Shown piece by piece: positions 28,909 through 38,786 of a stretch of DNA of 64,000 nt. This DNA is from an uncultured Chloroflexia bacterium (lineage in GTDB: Bacteria; Chloroflexota; Anaerolineae; Anaerolineales; UBA11858): NCBI GenBank assembly GCA_963695575.1, contig CAVOGS010000014.1, positions 328,114 to 392,113 on the forward strand, in the 5' to 3' direction. The first letter of the stretch is position 1. Each line of letters begins with the position of its first letter. Below the pieces are notes generated by a model that saw nothing but the letters and a program-made list of their open reading frames with translations, was not told the DNA's origin and did not search any database. The position numbers and the translations under genes are program-made.

Positions 28909-29901
28909 ATGAAGGAATTTGACGTAGTAACTCTGGGTGAACTGTTAATTGACATGTTCCCGGGCAAGATTGGTTTCCGGATCAGCGAAGTAGAGTCTTT
29001 TATTCCTAAGCCTGGTGGTGCGCCAGCCAATGTGGCAGTTGCTGCCAGCCGGCTGGGATTAAAAAGCGCCTTTATTGGAAAACTTGGACAGGACCATTTT
29101 GGGACTTATTTAAAACAAGTCCTTGATGATGAAAATGTCAACACTAGGGCGATAAGATTCGATCCAGAAGCGAGAACCACAATGGCTATTATTGCCATGC
29201 CGGATGAGAACTCTGCAGAATTTGTGTTTTACCGCAATCCCGGCGCAGACCAGCTTCTCACTGAAGATGATTTGGACCTAAAGATGCTGCGGTCTACCCG
29301 GATGCTGCATTTTTGCTCTGTCAGCTTGACAGATGAACCAGTCCGATCAGCGACATTTAGCGCTGCCCGGATTGCCAGAGAGGCTGGGGCACTGGTTTCT
29401 TATGATGTAAATTATCGGCCTTCTTTATGGAAGAACCCGGAAGAAGCATTGGTTCAAGCCAGGTTAATGATTAAGGAAGTAGATCTGGTTAAGTTGAATG
29501 AAGTGGAAGCCGTCCTTTTAACCGGCCTGGAAAAAATCAACCAGTTTGATCTTGTTCAAGTAGAAAATGCAGCCCTGGAATTGATGAAATCAGGGCCGGA
29601 GATCGTGGTGATCACCCTGGGTGCGGGCGGGAGTTATTTTCAGATCAAGGAAGGCGGCGTTTATGTCCCGCCGTTTAAAGTGGACACGATTGACGCTGTT
29701 GGTTGTGGAGATGCCTTTGTTGCTGGTTTGTTATCAAAGCTGGTTGAACAAAACGATTGGCGAGAGATTTTATCGTTGGCAAGAATGACTCCAGCCCTGC
29801 AATATGCAAACGCTGTTGGCGCACTGACCTCCCTTAAGAGGGGAGCCATACCTGCTATGCCTACAAAAAAGGAAGTCGAAAAATTCTTAGAAGGAAAATG
29901 A
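28909..29901 (+). CDS. PfkB-family carbohydrate kinase (fructokinase / 2-keto-3-deoxygluconokinase-like)
   Basis: FDVVTLGELLIDM...GGAPANVAVA. C-terminal DAVGCGDAFVAGLL anion-hole motif. ATG 28909 has a GAGGAG RBS; the listed TTG 28897 is less likely. Confidence 0.8.
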   Translation: MKEFDVVTLGELLIDMFPGKIGFRISEVESFIPKPGGAPANVAVAASRLGLKSAFIGKLGQDHFGTYLKQVLDDENVNTRAIRFDPEARTTMAIIAMPDENSAEFVFYRNPGADQLLTEDDLDLKMLRSTRMLHFCSVSLTDEPVRSATFSAARIAREAGALVSYDVNYRPSLWKNPEEALVQARLMIKEVDLVKLNEVEAVLLTGLEKINQFDLVQVENAALELMKSGPEIVVITLGAGGSYFQIKEGGVYVPPFKVDTIDAVGCGDAFVAGLLSKLVEQNDWREILSLARMTPALQYANAVGALTSLKRGAIPAMPTKKEVEKFLEGK

Positions 29902-29910
29902 GGAAATAAT

Positions 29911-30747
29911 ATGTATAAATTGTCTTATGAAGAGTTGAAAGAAAAAGCCCGCGAACTGCGCCTGGAAATTCTAGAAATGACCACAAGGGCTGGTTCTGGT
30001 CATCCATCCAGCTCATGGTCATCAGTTGAACTAGTCACAGCCCTTTATTTTGGTGGTGTACTGAAATACAGACCAGAAGAACCATGGTGGGAGGAAAGAG
30101 ATAGGTTCATCATGAGTAAAGGGCACGCAGCTCCCTTATTATACGGGGCATTAGCCCACGCCGGCTATTTTAGCAAAGATGAATTGAAGCGACTGCGCGA
30201 AGTTGGCAGTCCCGTACAGGGGCACCCTATCCAGGGCATGATGCCGGGCGTAGAAGCGACAACTGGATCCCTGGGGCAAGGTTTATCCCTTGGTATCGGT
30301 CATGTGCTTGGCGGAAGATTGGCTGAAAAAAAATACCAGGTCTATGTCCTGCTTGGAGATGGAGAATGTGAAGCTGGTCAGATCTGGGAAGCAGCCATGG
30401 CTGCCGCCCATTTCAAAACAGGCAACCTGGTGGCAATTCTGGATTACAACAAATTCCAGGAGACCGGTCCTATCAGCAGAGAAATTGGCCTGGAACCGCT
30501 GGTTGAAAAATGGCGATCATTTGGTTGGACAGTCCACGAAGTGAATGGTCATGATCTTGAAGAGATTTTGGCTAAGTTCCAATTGGTAAAACAACTGGAA
30601 GCAACCGGCAAACCTCAAATAATCATTGCCCATACAATCAAAGGAAAAGGCGTCTCATTTGTGGAAGCCGATTTTACATTCCACGGCAGAGCCTTAAATG
30701 CGGATCAGGCAGAATTAGCTCGGGAGGAAATCAATGCAGCTCGGTAA
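29911..30747 (+). CDS. Transketolase, N-terminal (ThDP pyrophosphate-binding) subunit
   Basis: AGSGHPSSSWSSVELVTALYF, GSLGQGLSLGIGH and LLGDGECEAGQIWEAA are typical of split transketolase subunit A. Confidence 0.85.
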   Translation: MYKLSYEELKEKARELRLEILEMTTRAGSGHPSSSWSSVELVTALYFGGVLKYRPEEPWWEERDRFIMSKGHAAPLLYGALAHAGYFSKDELKRLREVGSPVQGHPIQGMMPGVEATTGSLGQGLSLGIGHVLGGRLAEKKYQVYVLLGDGECEAGQIWEAAMAAAHFKTGNLVAILDYNKFQETGPISREIGLEPLVEKWRSFGWTVHEVNGHDLEEILAKFQLVKQLEATGKPQIIIAHTIKGKGVSFVEADFTFHGRALNADQAELAREEINAAR

Positions 30748-31711
30748 AATTGCAGGACTGGAATTATGCGATAAGCCCCTCCGAAATATATTCGGAGATG
30801 CGCTTTTGGAATTGGCAAGAGCAAATCCTAAAGTTGTCGTCCTGGACGGCGACCTGGGAAATTCGACCAAGGCGGAGTATGTGCGCCAGGAATTTCCAGA
30901 ACGATTTTTTAATATCGGAATTGCGGAAAGCAACCTGGTTGGTATTGGAGCGGGGTTGGCAGGTGCCGGGTTTTATCCGTTCATTGTCAGTTTTTCCTCC
31001 TTTTTATTATGCAATGCCTATGATCAGATCAGACTGGCTGTCGCCATGTCTGAGATCAATGCCACAGTGATCGGCAGCCATGGAGGTATCACTCTTGGAA
31101 AAGATGGACCAACCCAAATGGGGATAGAAGATCTGGCCTTGATGGGAGGTTTACCCACTTTTACGATTATTGTTCCCTCAGATCCAGCGATGATGCATGC
31201 GGCGGTAAAAGCTGCTCCTGATATCAAAGGTCCAGTATTTATCCGTTCAAGCCGGGTGCCGATGCCTTATATTTACCCAATGGAAAATACGCCCTTTGAA
31301 GTAGGAAAGGCGAACATAGTCCGTGATGGCGCTGACTTGACGATCATTGGCTGCGGCATGATGGTATCTGCCGGTCTGGACGCAGCGGCGCTGTTGGCAA
31401 AAAAGGGAATAGAGGCCAGGGTTCTGGATCTGCATACCATCCGGCCGCTGGATATCGAGTCAATAGCTGCAGCAGCGAAGGAAACAGGTGCGATTGTATG
31501 TGCGGAAGAACATCTGCTCCAGGGAGGTATGGGAAGTAATGTAGCCAGGATCGTATCCCAGGAACATCCTGTGCCGATGCGTTTTGTGGGGTTGGAAGAC
31601 ACCTATGTAGAATCCGGGGACCCCTGGGATCTTTTGAAGAAATATCATTTGACAGCTGATGATATTGCGGCTGCGGGTGAGGAAGTAGTAAAAGCCAAAA
31701 AGGGAGCCTGA
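30734..31711 (+). CDS. Transketolase, C-terminal (pyrimidine-binding) subunit
   Basis: FPERFFNIGIAESNLVGIGAGLA...GPTQMGIEDLALM. Overlaps subunit A by 14 nt. Confidence 0.85.
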   Translation: MQLGKIAGLELCDKPLRNIFGDALLELARANPKVVVLDGDLGNSTKAEYVRQEFPERFFNIGIAESNLVGIGAGLAGAGFYPFIVSFSSFLLCNAYDQIRLAVAMSEINATVIGSHGGITLGKDGPTQMGIEDLALMGGLPTFTIIVPSDPAMMHAAVKAAPDIKGPVFIRSSRVPMPYIYPMENTPFEVGKANIVRDGADLTIIGCGMMVSAGLDAAALLAKKGIEARVLDLHTIRPLDIESIAAAAKETGAIVCAEEHLLQGGMGSNVARIVSQEHPVPMRFVGLEDTYVESGDPWDLLKKYHLTADDIAAAGEEVVKAKKGA

Positions 31712-31712
31712 A

Positions 31713-33003
31713 ATGTTATATAGGGAACTGACACGCAGGCAGTCGGAGAAAGACCCCATCCGCGTGGGAGCAAGCGCCATTGAATGGATGGGCAGCGGCT
31801 TGGTGGCGGCCTTCAGGCATGTTCCCGGGATGGAGATATCAGCAGTTGCCAATCAGGATATCCAGGAAGGTGTGGATGCCTATCTTGCTGCAGGAATACC
31901 GCGTGACCTCGTGGAAATCTCTGATAATAAAAATGAGATTGAGGACCTGATCAGGAGCGGAAAACGAGTTGTGATGACCGATCACCGCCTGTTAGCTGAG
32001 ATCGATTCCCTTGACATAGTCACTGATTCTACCTGGTCGCCGGCTATAGGCGCAGATGTCGCCGAGGCCTGTATCGAACACGGCAAGGATATTGTCCTGG
32101 TAAACATTGAAGCCGATGTCACTGTGGGTCATATCCTGAAAAAGAAAGCAGCTGAAGCTGGCGTACTGTATTCAGTATCTTCGGGTGATGAGCCTGGCTG
32201 TTTGATGGAACTTTACGATTATGTAAAAAGCCTGGGATATGAGGTGATCACAATTGGGAAAGGGAAAAATAATCCATTAAATACAGCTGCTACGCCAGAT
32301 CTGGTTGCCGAATCAGCCAGGAAAGCTGATAAGGATCCTGTTCAAGTAGCTTCTTATGTGGATGGCACCAAAACGATGTTTGAGATGACCTGCGCCGCAA
32401 ATGCTACCGGCTGCAGACCGATGCAGAGAGGGATGATAGGACCCGAAGCAAGCTTTGAAAATGTTTCAGATATCTTTGCCCTGGAGGAAGATGGCGGAAT
32501 CAGCCAATTTCCGGGAAATATTGATTTTGTTCAGGGCCCATCAATGTCAGGAGGGGTATTCATCACTGTCCGGGTAAATGACCAGCGAATTCAGGATGAC
32601 CTGAACTATCTTAAGGTCGGATCGGGAAAATACATAACATTCTTTCGGCATTATCACCTCTGGTTCCTGGAAGCTTCGATCTCGATCGCCAGGGCATACC
32701 TGGAAAAAAATATCTGGCTGGAACCACTTGGATACACCTGTTGCTGATGTAATGACCGTCGCCAAGAAAGATCTGAGCGCAGGGGAAATCCTGGAGCGTT
32801 TTGGGGGTTATACAAATTATGGCGTCATGGAAATGGCAGATGAAGCCCGCAGATTAAATGCTCTTCCTGTCGGCTTGAGTCCGGGTGCAAAGGTCATCCG
32901 GCCCCTGAAAGCAGGTGAGATTATTACCTGGTCAGATGTTACATTGGATGAAAAAAGCACTGTAGTCAGGTTGCGGCGGGAGCAGGATTCGATGTTTGGA
33001 TAA
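31713..33003 (+). pseudogene. NAD(P)-binding homoserine-dehydrogenase-like oxidoreductase with C-terminal SAF domain (COG4091-like), one frameshift
   Basis: IRVGASAIEWMGSGLVAA Rossmann start. The C-terminal SAF-like VADVMTVAKKDLSAGEIL...VIRPLKAGEIITWSDV is in the +1 frame (ORF 32728..33003). The shift is near 32725. Confidence 0.6.
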
Positions 33004-33038
33004 ATTGGACATGGGTTGATTAAGTAAAGGAGCTAATA

Positions 33039-34001
33039 ATGCAAATAGGAGTATTTACAGCATTGTGGGGAAACCTGCCTTTTGAAGAAGCATTGGACAA
33101 GGCGGTCAGCTTTGGGATCACCGCAGTAGAGATTGGAGCTGGAGGGTATCCGGGCCAGCCTCATTGCCCGGTTGATGAACTGATTGACAGCCAAACCAAA
33201 CGGGATGAATGGTTGGGCAAGATTACTGATCGAGGTTTGACACTTAGCGCATTGAGCATCCATAATAATCCCATCCATCCAGATAAAAAGATCGCTTCTG
33301 AGGCGGATCTGGTGATCAAAAAAGCCATTAAGCTGGCAGCGTTGTTGGGTGTGCCAACAATCAATGGTTTTTCCGGCCTTCCCGGTGGGGCTGCTAAGGA
33401 TACAATGCCTAACTGGGTCACTTGCGCCTGGCCTCCCCACTTCCTGGAAATCCTGGATTATCAATGGAATGAAGTCGCAATTCCCTATTGGAAAACGATC
33501 CATCCCCTTCTGGAAGAAAATAATCTCACCCTGGGTTTTGAAATGCACCCGGGTATTCTTGTTTACAACGTTTATAGCTTACTGCGCCTGCGGGAAGCAG
33601 TCGGTCCCCGATTGGGCTGCAATTTCGATCCTTCACACCTGTGGTGGAATGGTGTGGATCCAGTTGCCGCTATTCGAGAACTGGGTGATGCGATCTTCCA
33701 TGTTCATGGAAAGGATGTTTATGTGGATAAATTTAACACCCAGGTAAATGGTTGTAATGACTATAAACATTATGGTGATATCCCGAAACGATCCTGGACA
33801 TTCCGGTCGATAGGATACGGCCATGATCTGAAAGATTGGAAGGATATCATGAGCGCATTAAGGATGGTTGGGTATGATTATGTGATTTCCATAGAGCACG
33901 AGGATGCCATGATGTCACCTGATGAAGGTCTTGGGAAAGCGGTAGGTATTTTAAAAGAAGCCTTGATCTTTGATGACGCAGGCGAGATGTTCTGGGCCTG
34001 A
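33039..34001 (+). CDS. Sugar phosphate isomerase/epimerase (xylose-isomerase-like TIM barrel)
   Basis: 320 aa; ...GITAVEIGAGGYPG...FEMHPG...HVHGKD...ISIEHED metal-ligand pattern of the AP_endonuc_2/XI-like family. Confidence 0.7.
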   Translation: MQIGVFTALWGNLPFEEALDKAVSFGITAVEIGAGGYPGQPHCPVDELIDSQTKRDEWLGKITDRGLTLSALSIHNNPIHPDKKIASEADLVIKKAIKLAALLGVPTINGFSGLPGGAAKDTMPNWVTCAWPPHFLEILDYQWNEVAIPYWKTIHPLLEENNLTLGFEMHPGILVYNVYSLLRLREAVGPRLGCNFDPSHLWWNGVDPVAAIRELGDAIFHVHGKDVYVDKFNTQVNGCNDYKHYGDIPKRSWTFRSIGYGHDLKDWKDIMSALRMVGYDYVISIEHEDAMMSPDEGLGKAVGILKEALIFDDAGEMFWA

Positions 34002-34007
34002 TCGATT

Positions 34008-34724
34008 ATGAGACTGATTTTATTTGACCTCGACGGAACCTTGCTGACGGCAGGCGGAATTGGACGGAGATCCACAAGGCATGCCCTGGAATCTGTGTTT
34101 GGCACTTCGGGAAATTTGGACGAGTTCTATCCGGGCGGAAGAACCCAGGAGGCGATCTTTTCAGATACCCTGGCAGATGCAGGTTTTGCAGAAAGTGAAT
34201 ACCTTGCAAAAAGGGATCAACTCTACCAGGTCTTTCTTGATAATTTTAAGAAAAATCTAGCTGAGGGTGATTTTCAGATCGATCAACTTCCTGGCGCAAG
34301 CAGGCTGATCGATTACCTGAGAGGAAATGAAGACTACGCCCTGGGACTGGTTACAGGCAATCATGAGGTTATAGCCAATTTAAAACTGCAAGCTGCAGGC
34401 TTGGATCCTGCTGCCTTTTTAGGGGGCGCTTATGGACATGAATCCGCTGACCGATCGGAGCTGGTTCCACTTGGAAAGAGCAGGGTTGAAGAAGTCAGCG
34501 GATTCCAATTTCCCGGTTATTACACGATCGTTATCGGCGACACAACCAGGGACGTACTAAGCGCCCGCTCCGTTGGTGCAACTTCTTTTGCTTTGACTTC
34601 GGGTACAGATAGCCGGGAAATGCTTCTCGGATCAGGACCAGATTCGGTATTTGATAACCTGGAAGAAGTTTTGGAACGCTTTACGTTCTTGGATGGAAGA
34701 ACAGGAGGTATTGATGGGATTTGA
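34008..34724 (+). CDS. HAD-superfamily hydrolase (phosphatase, PGP-like)
   Basis: MRLILFDLDGTLL motif I; VTGN and GDTTRD motifs. Confidence 0.8.
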   Translation: MRLILFDLDGTLLTAGGIGRRSTRHALESVFGTSGNLDEFYPGGRTQEAIFSDTLADAGFAESEYLAKRDQLYQVFLDNFKKNLAEGDFQIDQLPGASRLIDYLRGNEDYALGLVTGNHEVIANLKLQAAGLDPAAFLGGAYGHESADRSELVPLGKSRVEEVSGFQFPGYYTIVIGDTTRDVLSARSVGATSFALTSGTDSREMLLGSGPDSVFDNLEEVLERFTFLDGRTGGIDGI

Positions 34725-35887
34725 ACAAGTAGATCGCAGCGGAATAACAAAAATCGGCGTGGGGCTGCTGGGTTATGCCTTTATGGGAAAAGCTCACAGC
34801 AACGCATTCAGGAAACTGGATTATATGATGTATCCCCAGCCAGCAATCCCGGAACTGGTAGCAGTTTGTGGCAGGAATGAAGAAGCAGTCTCCGAAATGG
34901 CTTCCCGCTTTGGATATCAAGGTTATTACACCAATTGGGAAGAAATGCTGATGGATGATCGGATCCAGTTATTTGATAACGTCGGACCAAATAATGTGCA
35001 CGAAGAACCCTGCGTTATGGCTGCTGAACAGGGCAAACATGTCCTGTGTGAAAAGCCTTTGGCCCGCACCACTGAAGAATCCAAACGCATGTTAGACGCA
35101 GTCATAAAGAATAAAGTCAAACATATGGTTGCCTTTAACTACAGGTTTGTGCCTGCTGTGAGAAAGGCTCGTGATTTGATCACAAAGCGGGGCCCTGGGA
35201 AAGATCTATCATTTCCGGGCCATGTATTTGCAGGATTGGATTTTGCCCCATTTTAATACGCCGTATTTATGGAGGTATAATAAAGAGATATCCGGTACAG
35301 GGGCTCTGGGAGATTTTTCACACATCATCGACATCGGACACTTCTTGCTGGGATCCAGGATCAAAAGTGTTCAGTCCACATTAAAGAATTTCATTCCTGA
35401 GAGAAAACTGATGAATGGGAGCGGGTCTCGTGATGTGGATGTCGATGACGCTTTTGCATCGGTGATCGAATTCGAAAATGGCGCCTTGGGCACAGTAGAA
35501 GGGACAAGGTTGGCAAGTGGCAGAAAGAATTATCACGTGTTTGAAGTAAATGGAGAAAAAGGCTCGATCACCTGGAACCTGGAACGTTTAAATGAGCTTG
35601 AAATCCAATGGGCTGAAGGAGAGCCAGCTGAGAGCAGGGGATTCCAGAATGTGCTGGTGACAGAAGGTTCTGACCCCTGGATCAGCAATTGGTGGCCGCC
35701 TGGCCATATGATCGGTTGGGAACATACCTTCGTTCATGAGATCTACCATTTACTGGATTGCATCGTGAATGATAAAGAGGTTGGCACTGAAGGGGCTACC
35801 TTTGAGGATGGTTATAATGCCTGCGTGGTGGCTGACGCGATGGTCGAATCCTCTGAGACCGGCAAGCGAGTGGATTGTAGCTATTAA
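34714..35887 (+). pseudogene. Gfo/Idh/MocA-family oxidoreductase, one frameshift (paralogue of 56153..57310)
   Basis: IGVGLLGYAFMGKAHSNAF...HVLCEKPLA. At the A3 run 35184-35186 the reading switches to ...SGALGKIYHFRAMYLQDW... (ORF 35222..35887). ATG 34714 has a GGAGG RBS. Confidence 0.75.
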
Positions 35888-35961
35888 TGGAGATCCCCAG
35901 AAGTGAGTAAATTGCCAGGCTTTCTCTTACTGACAAAAGTCACATTCTGCAGCTTAACATC

Positions 35962-35994
35962 TTGACAATTAAAAACGATGACAATATGATTGTC
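35962..35994 (+). promoter_or_regulatory. Promoter TTGACA-17-TATGAT with inverted repeat GACAAT-atg-ATTGTC (candidate operator)
   Basis: -35 at 35962-35967 and -10 at 35985-35990. The palindrome at 35980-35994 overlaps the -10. It lies upstream of the second GntR gene. Confidence 0.55.
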
Positions 35995-36024
35995 TTAGTT
36001 GTAATTACAGGATAACAACATTAT

Positions 36025-36838
36025 ATGTCATCCCAATTGCCCAATCTATCAATAGATCGTAATTCTTTTATCCCTTTTTATATTCAGGTGATTGAATCGT
36101 TAACTGGATATATCGAAAATAATAATCTTTCGCCCGGTCATCAACTGCCCGGTGAGGCTGATTTGTGCAGTACTTTTGATGTCAGCCGGACTGTGATCCG
36201 TCAGGCGCTGCAGGAATTGGAATATAAAGGTTTGATATTTCCGTGAAAAAGGACGGGGAACATTTGTTGCTAAACCCAAGATCCACGAAGGACTTTTCCA
36301 GGAACTGACTGGATTTTATCAGGATATGGTGGCGAAGGGCCATCAACCGCGCTCCGATGTCCTGAAACAGGATAAGGTCAGGGCAAATCCGAAAGTGGCT
36401 GCGTATTTGAAATTGGAAACTGGCGCTCCTGTTACTCATATTGATAGGCTTCGATATGTAAATCACGAGCCAATTGTTTTGGTTACAACTTATTTACCAT
36501 ATGATATCTGCCCGGATTTATTAGAAGTAGATCTGACAAACCAATCTCTCTATGCTTATTTGGAGAATGAGCATGGTTTGTTCATCTCAAGTGGAAGGCG
36601 ATTTTTGGAAGCTGTGATTGCTAATCAAATGGAAGCAGAATTACTTCAGGTGGATATTGGTTCTCCATTGCTTTTATTAAATAGTGTTAGTTATTTGGAA
36701 GACGGCACACCAATGGAATATTTTCACGCTTTGCACCGGGGAGATCGTTCCCGGTTCGAGACGGAATTAGTAAGGGTCACTGAACCTGGCGATCTGGCAA
36801 AAAAGATCCTTGATGTAAATGGGTCCGGATTTGATTAG
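36025..36838 (+). pseudogene. GntR/HutC-family transcriptional regulator, one frameshift
   Basis: HTH in ORF 36025..36246 (PGEADLCSTFDVSRTVIRQALQELEYKGLI). After the T3 run 36238-36240 the +1 frame reads FREKGRGTFVAKPKI... and continues into the UTRA domain (ORF 36326..36838). Confidence 0.8.
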
Positions 36839-36897
36839 AACTAGAGATCTTCAAAGGGAACAAATTACATAAATTAAATAATTGAGGAGAGAAGCTA

Positions 36898-37768
36898 ATG
36901 AGCAAAATGAAAGTAGGTATCGATAGCTATTGTTTCCACCGTTATTTTGGCGAAGTCTATCCTCATCAGACAGCCCCTGATAAAACCATGACCATGGAGG
37001 ACTTTCTTGGCTTATGCCAAATACCTTGATGTGGATGGTGTATCCCTGGAGTCCTGCTTTTTTCCTTCCTTTGACAAAGGCTGGTTTAAAGAATTAAATA
37101 GTCAGCTGGATGATTACGGATTTGACCGGGTTTATGCCTGGGGACATCCGGATGGATTGGAAGCCGGGAAGAACCGCGACGAATTTGACAGCATGGTTGC
37201 TCAGATACCCAATGCTAAATTGATTGGCGCTGACGTGATGAGAGTGGTTGCCAGCAGCTTGATGTTCCGCTTCGAACCCCACGGTCCCCAGATCGATATT
37301 CTGGTGGATTGGTTCAAGGAGGCAGTCAAGGTCGCTGAAGATAATGGCGTCAAGCTGGCAGTTGAAAACCATATCGATTACACGGCTGATGAATGTGTAG
37401 AGCTATTGGAGAGGGTCGATTCTCCTTATCTGGGTTTGAACCTGGATACTGGTAACTTCCTGCGATTGCTGGATGATCCCGTCGAAGGAACAAAAAAATT
37501 GGCCAGCAGAGTGTTTGCTACCCATATAAAGGATCTTAAACCCGTGGCCGGCGTGGATGCCAGGGAGTGGTATTTCTTCTCCTCAACACCAGTAGGTGAT
37601 GGATTGGTTAATAACCAGAAGATCGCTCAATATCTCTATGATGCTGGTTATGAGGGTTTCCTGGCTGTAGAAACCGATTCCCTGCACCCGGACTATGCTG
37701 GTCAGGAATTTGACGCAATTGCAAAAAGTGTTGCTAACCTAAAACGAATAGCAGCCAGCGTTTATTAA
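36898..37768 (+). pseudogene. Xylose-isomerase-like TIM-barrel protein, one frameshift (paralogue of 55255..56118)
   Basis: ATG 36898 encodes MSKMKVGIDSYCFHRYFGEVYPHQTAPDKTMTMEDFL, which matches the N-terminus of the 55255 paralogue. The rest (AKYLDVDGVSLESCFF...) is ORF 37007..37768 in the +1 frame. Confidence 0.75.
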
Positions 37769-37903
37769 TTTATCGGGAACTTATTCTGGGCAGTAGATCA
37801 GAATGGGTGGTTTTAATTAAACCAGCCTTTCTGAAGAGGGATGTGACTGCTGCCCAGAATAAATATTTTATAAGTCGGGTAAAGTGGTTCGTGGAGTGGT
37901 ACT

Positions 37904-38758
37904 ATGAGATTTGGAGCAAATACTTTTATCTTTCGATCACCCTTTTCTACAGACAGAGATCTGGATCTGATACCCAAGTTGAAAGACATGGGATTTGATC
38001 TGATTGAGGTGGCTGTGGAAGATCCTGCACTGGTTGATACGGATTTATTGAAAACAGCTCTGGAAGAACATGATCTTGGGGTTGTGACCTGTGGAGCTTA
38101 TGGGCCTGGACGCAACATCAGCAGCCTGGATCCAGTTGAAAGGCAGGCGGCCAAGGATTATTTGATCTGGATGATCGATGCAGCTCAAAAATTGGGCTCA
38201 GATGTTGTTAATGGTCCAATGTACTCAGCAGTTGGTAAAGACCGCTTGGAAGATCCGGCTGATAGAGAGCAGGAATGGCAGTTCGCGGTTGAGGGATTGA
38301 GGGAAATGGCGGCTTATGCAGATAAGCGAGGTGTGAAACTGGCTTTTGAACCTCTGAACCGATTTGAAACTGACCTGGTTAATATTGTGGAGCAGGGTTT
38401 AAAACTGATTAATGATGTAGGTGCTCCAAACCTGGGATTCCACCTGGACACATTCCATATGCATTTGGAAGAAAAAGATTCGGCTGCAGCAATCCGTAAG
38501 GCGGGAGACCGGATCTTCCACTTCCACGCTTGTGAAAATGACAGAGGTGTGCCGGGAACAGGTCAGGTGAAATGGAAAGAAGTATTCGAAGCCCTAGTTG
38601 AAGTGGGCTATGATGGCAACGTTGTGATCGAATCATTTACCCCGGAAGTGAAATCGATTGCCAGGGCTGTTTGTATCTGGCGCGAGATCGCTCCTGATCA
38701 GGATTCGATTGCTCGGGATGGATTAAAATTCATAAAATCCTTTCCTGGAATAAACTAG
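37904..38758 (+). CDS. Ketose 3-epimerase family TIM-barrel protein (D-psicose/D-tagatose 3-epimerase-like)
   Basis: AFEPLNRFE ... HLDTFHMHLEE ... HFHACENDRGVPGTG ... VVIESF reproduces the E/D/H/E metal-ligand blocks I recall for ketose 3-epimerases. Confidence 0.65.
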   Translation: MRFGANTFIFRSPFSTDRDLDLIPKLKDMGFDLIEVAVEDPALVDTDLLKTALEEHDLGVVTCGAYGPGRNISSLDPVERQAAKDYLIWMIDAAQKLGSDVVNGPMYSAVGKDRLEDPADREQEWQFAVEGLREMAAYADKRGVKLAFEPLNRFETDLVNIVEQGLKLINDVGAPNLGFHLDTFHMHLEEKDSAAAIRKAGDRIFHFHACENDRGVPGTGQVKWKEVFEALVEVGYDGNVVIESFTPEVKSIARAVCIWREIAPDQDSIARDGLKFIKSFPGIN

Positions 38759-38786
38759 AAATCAGGGTAAATGGAGATTTTTGATT

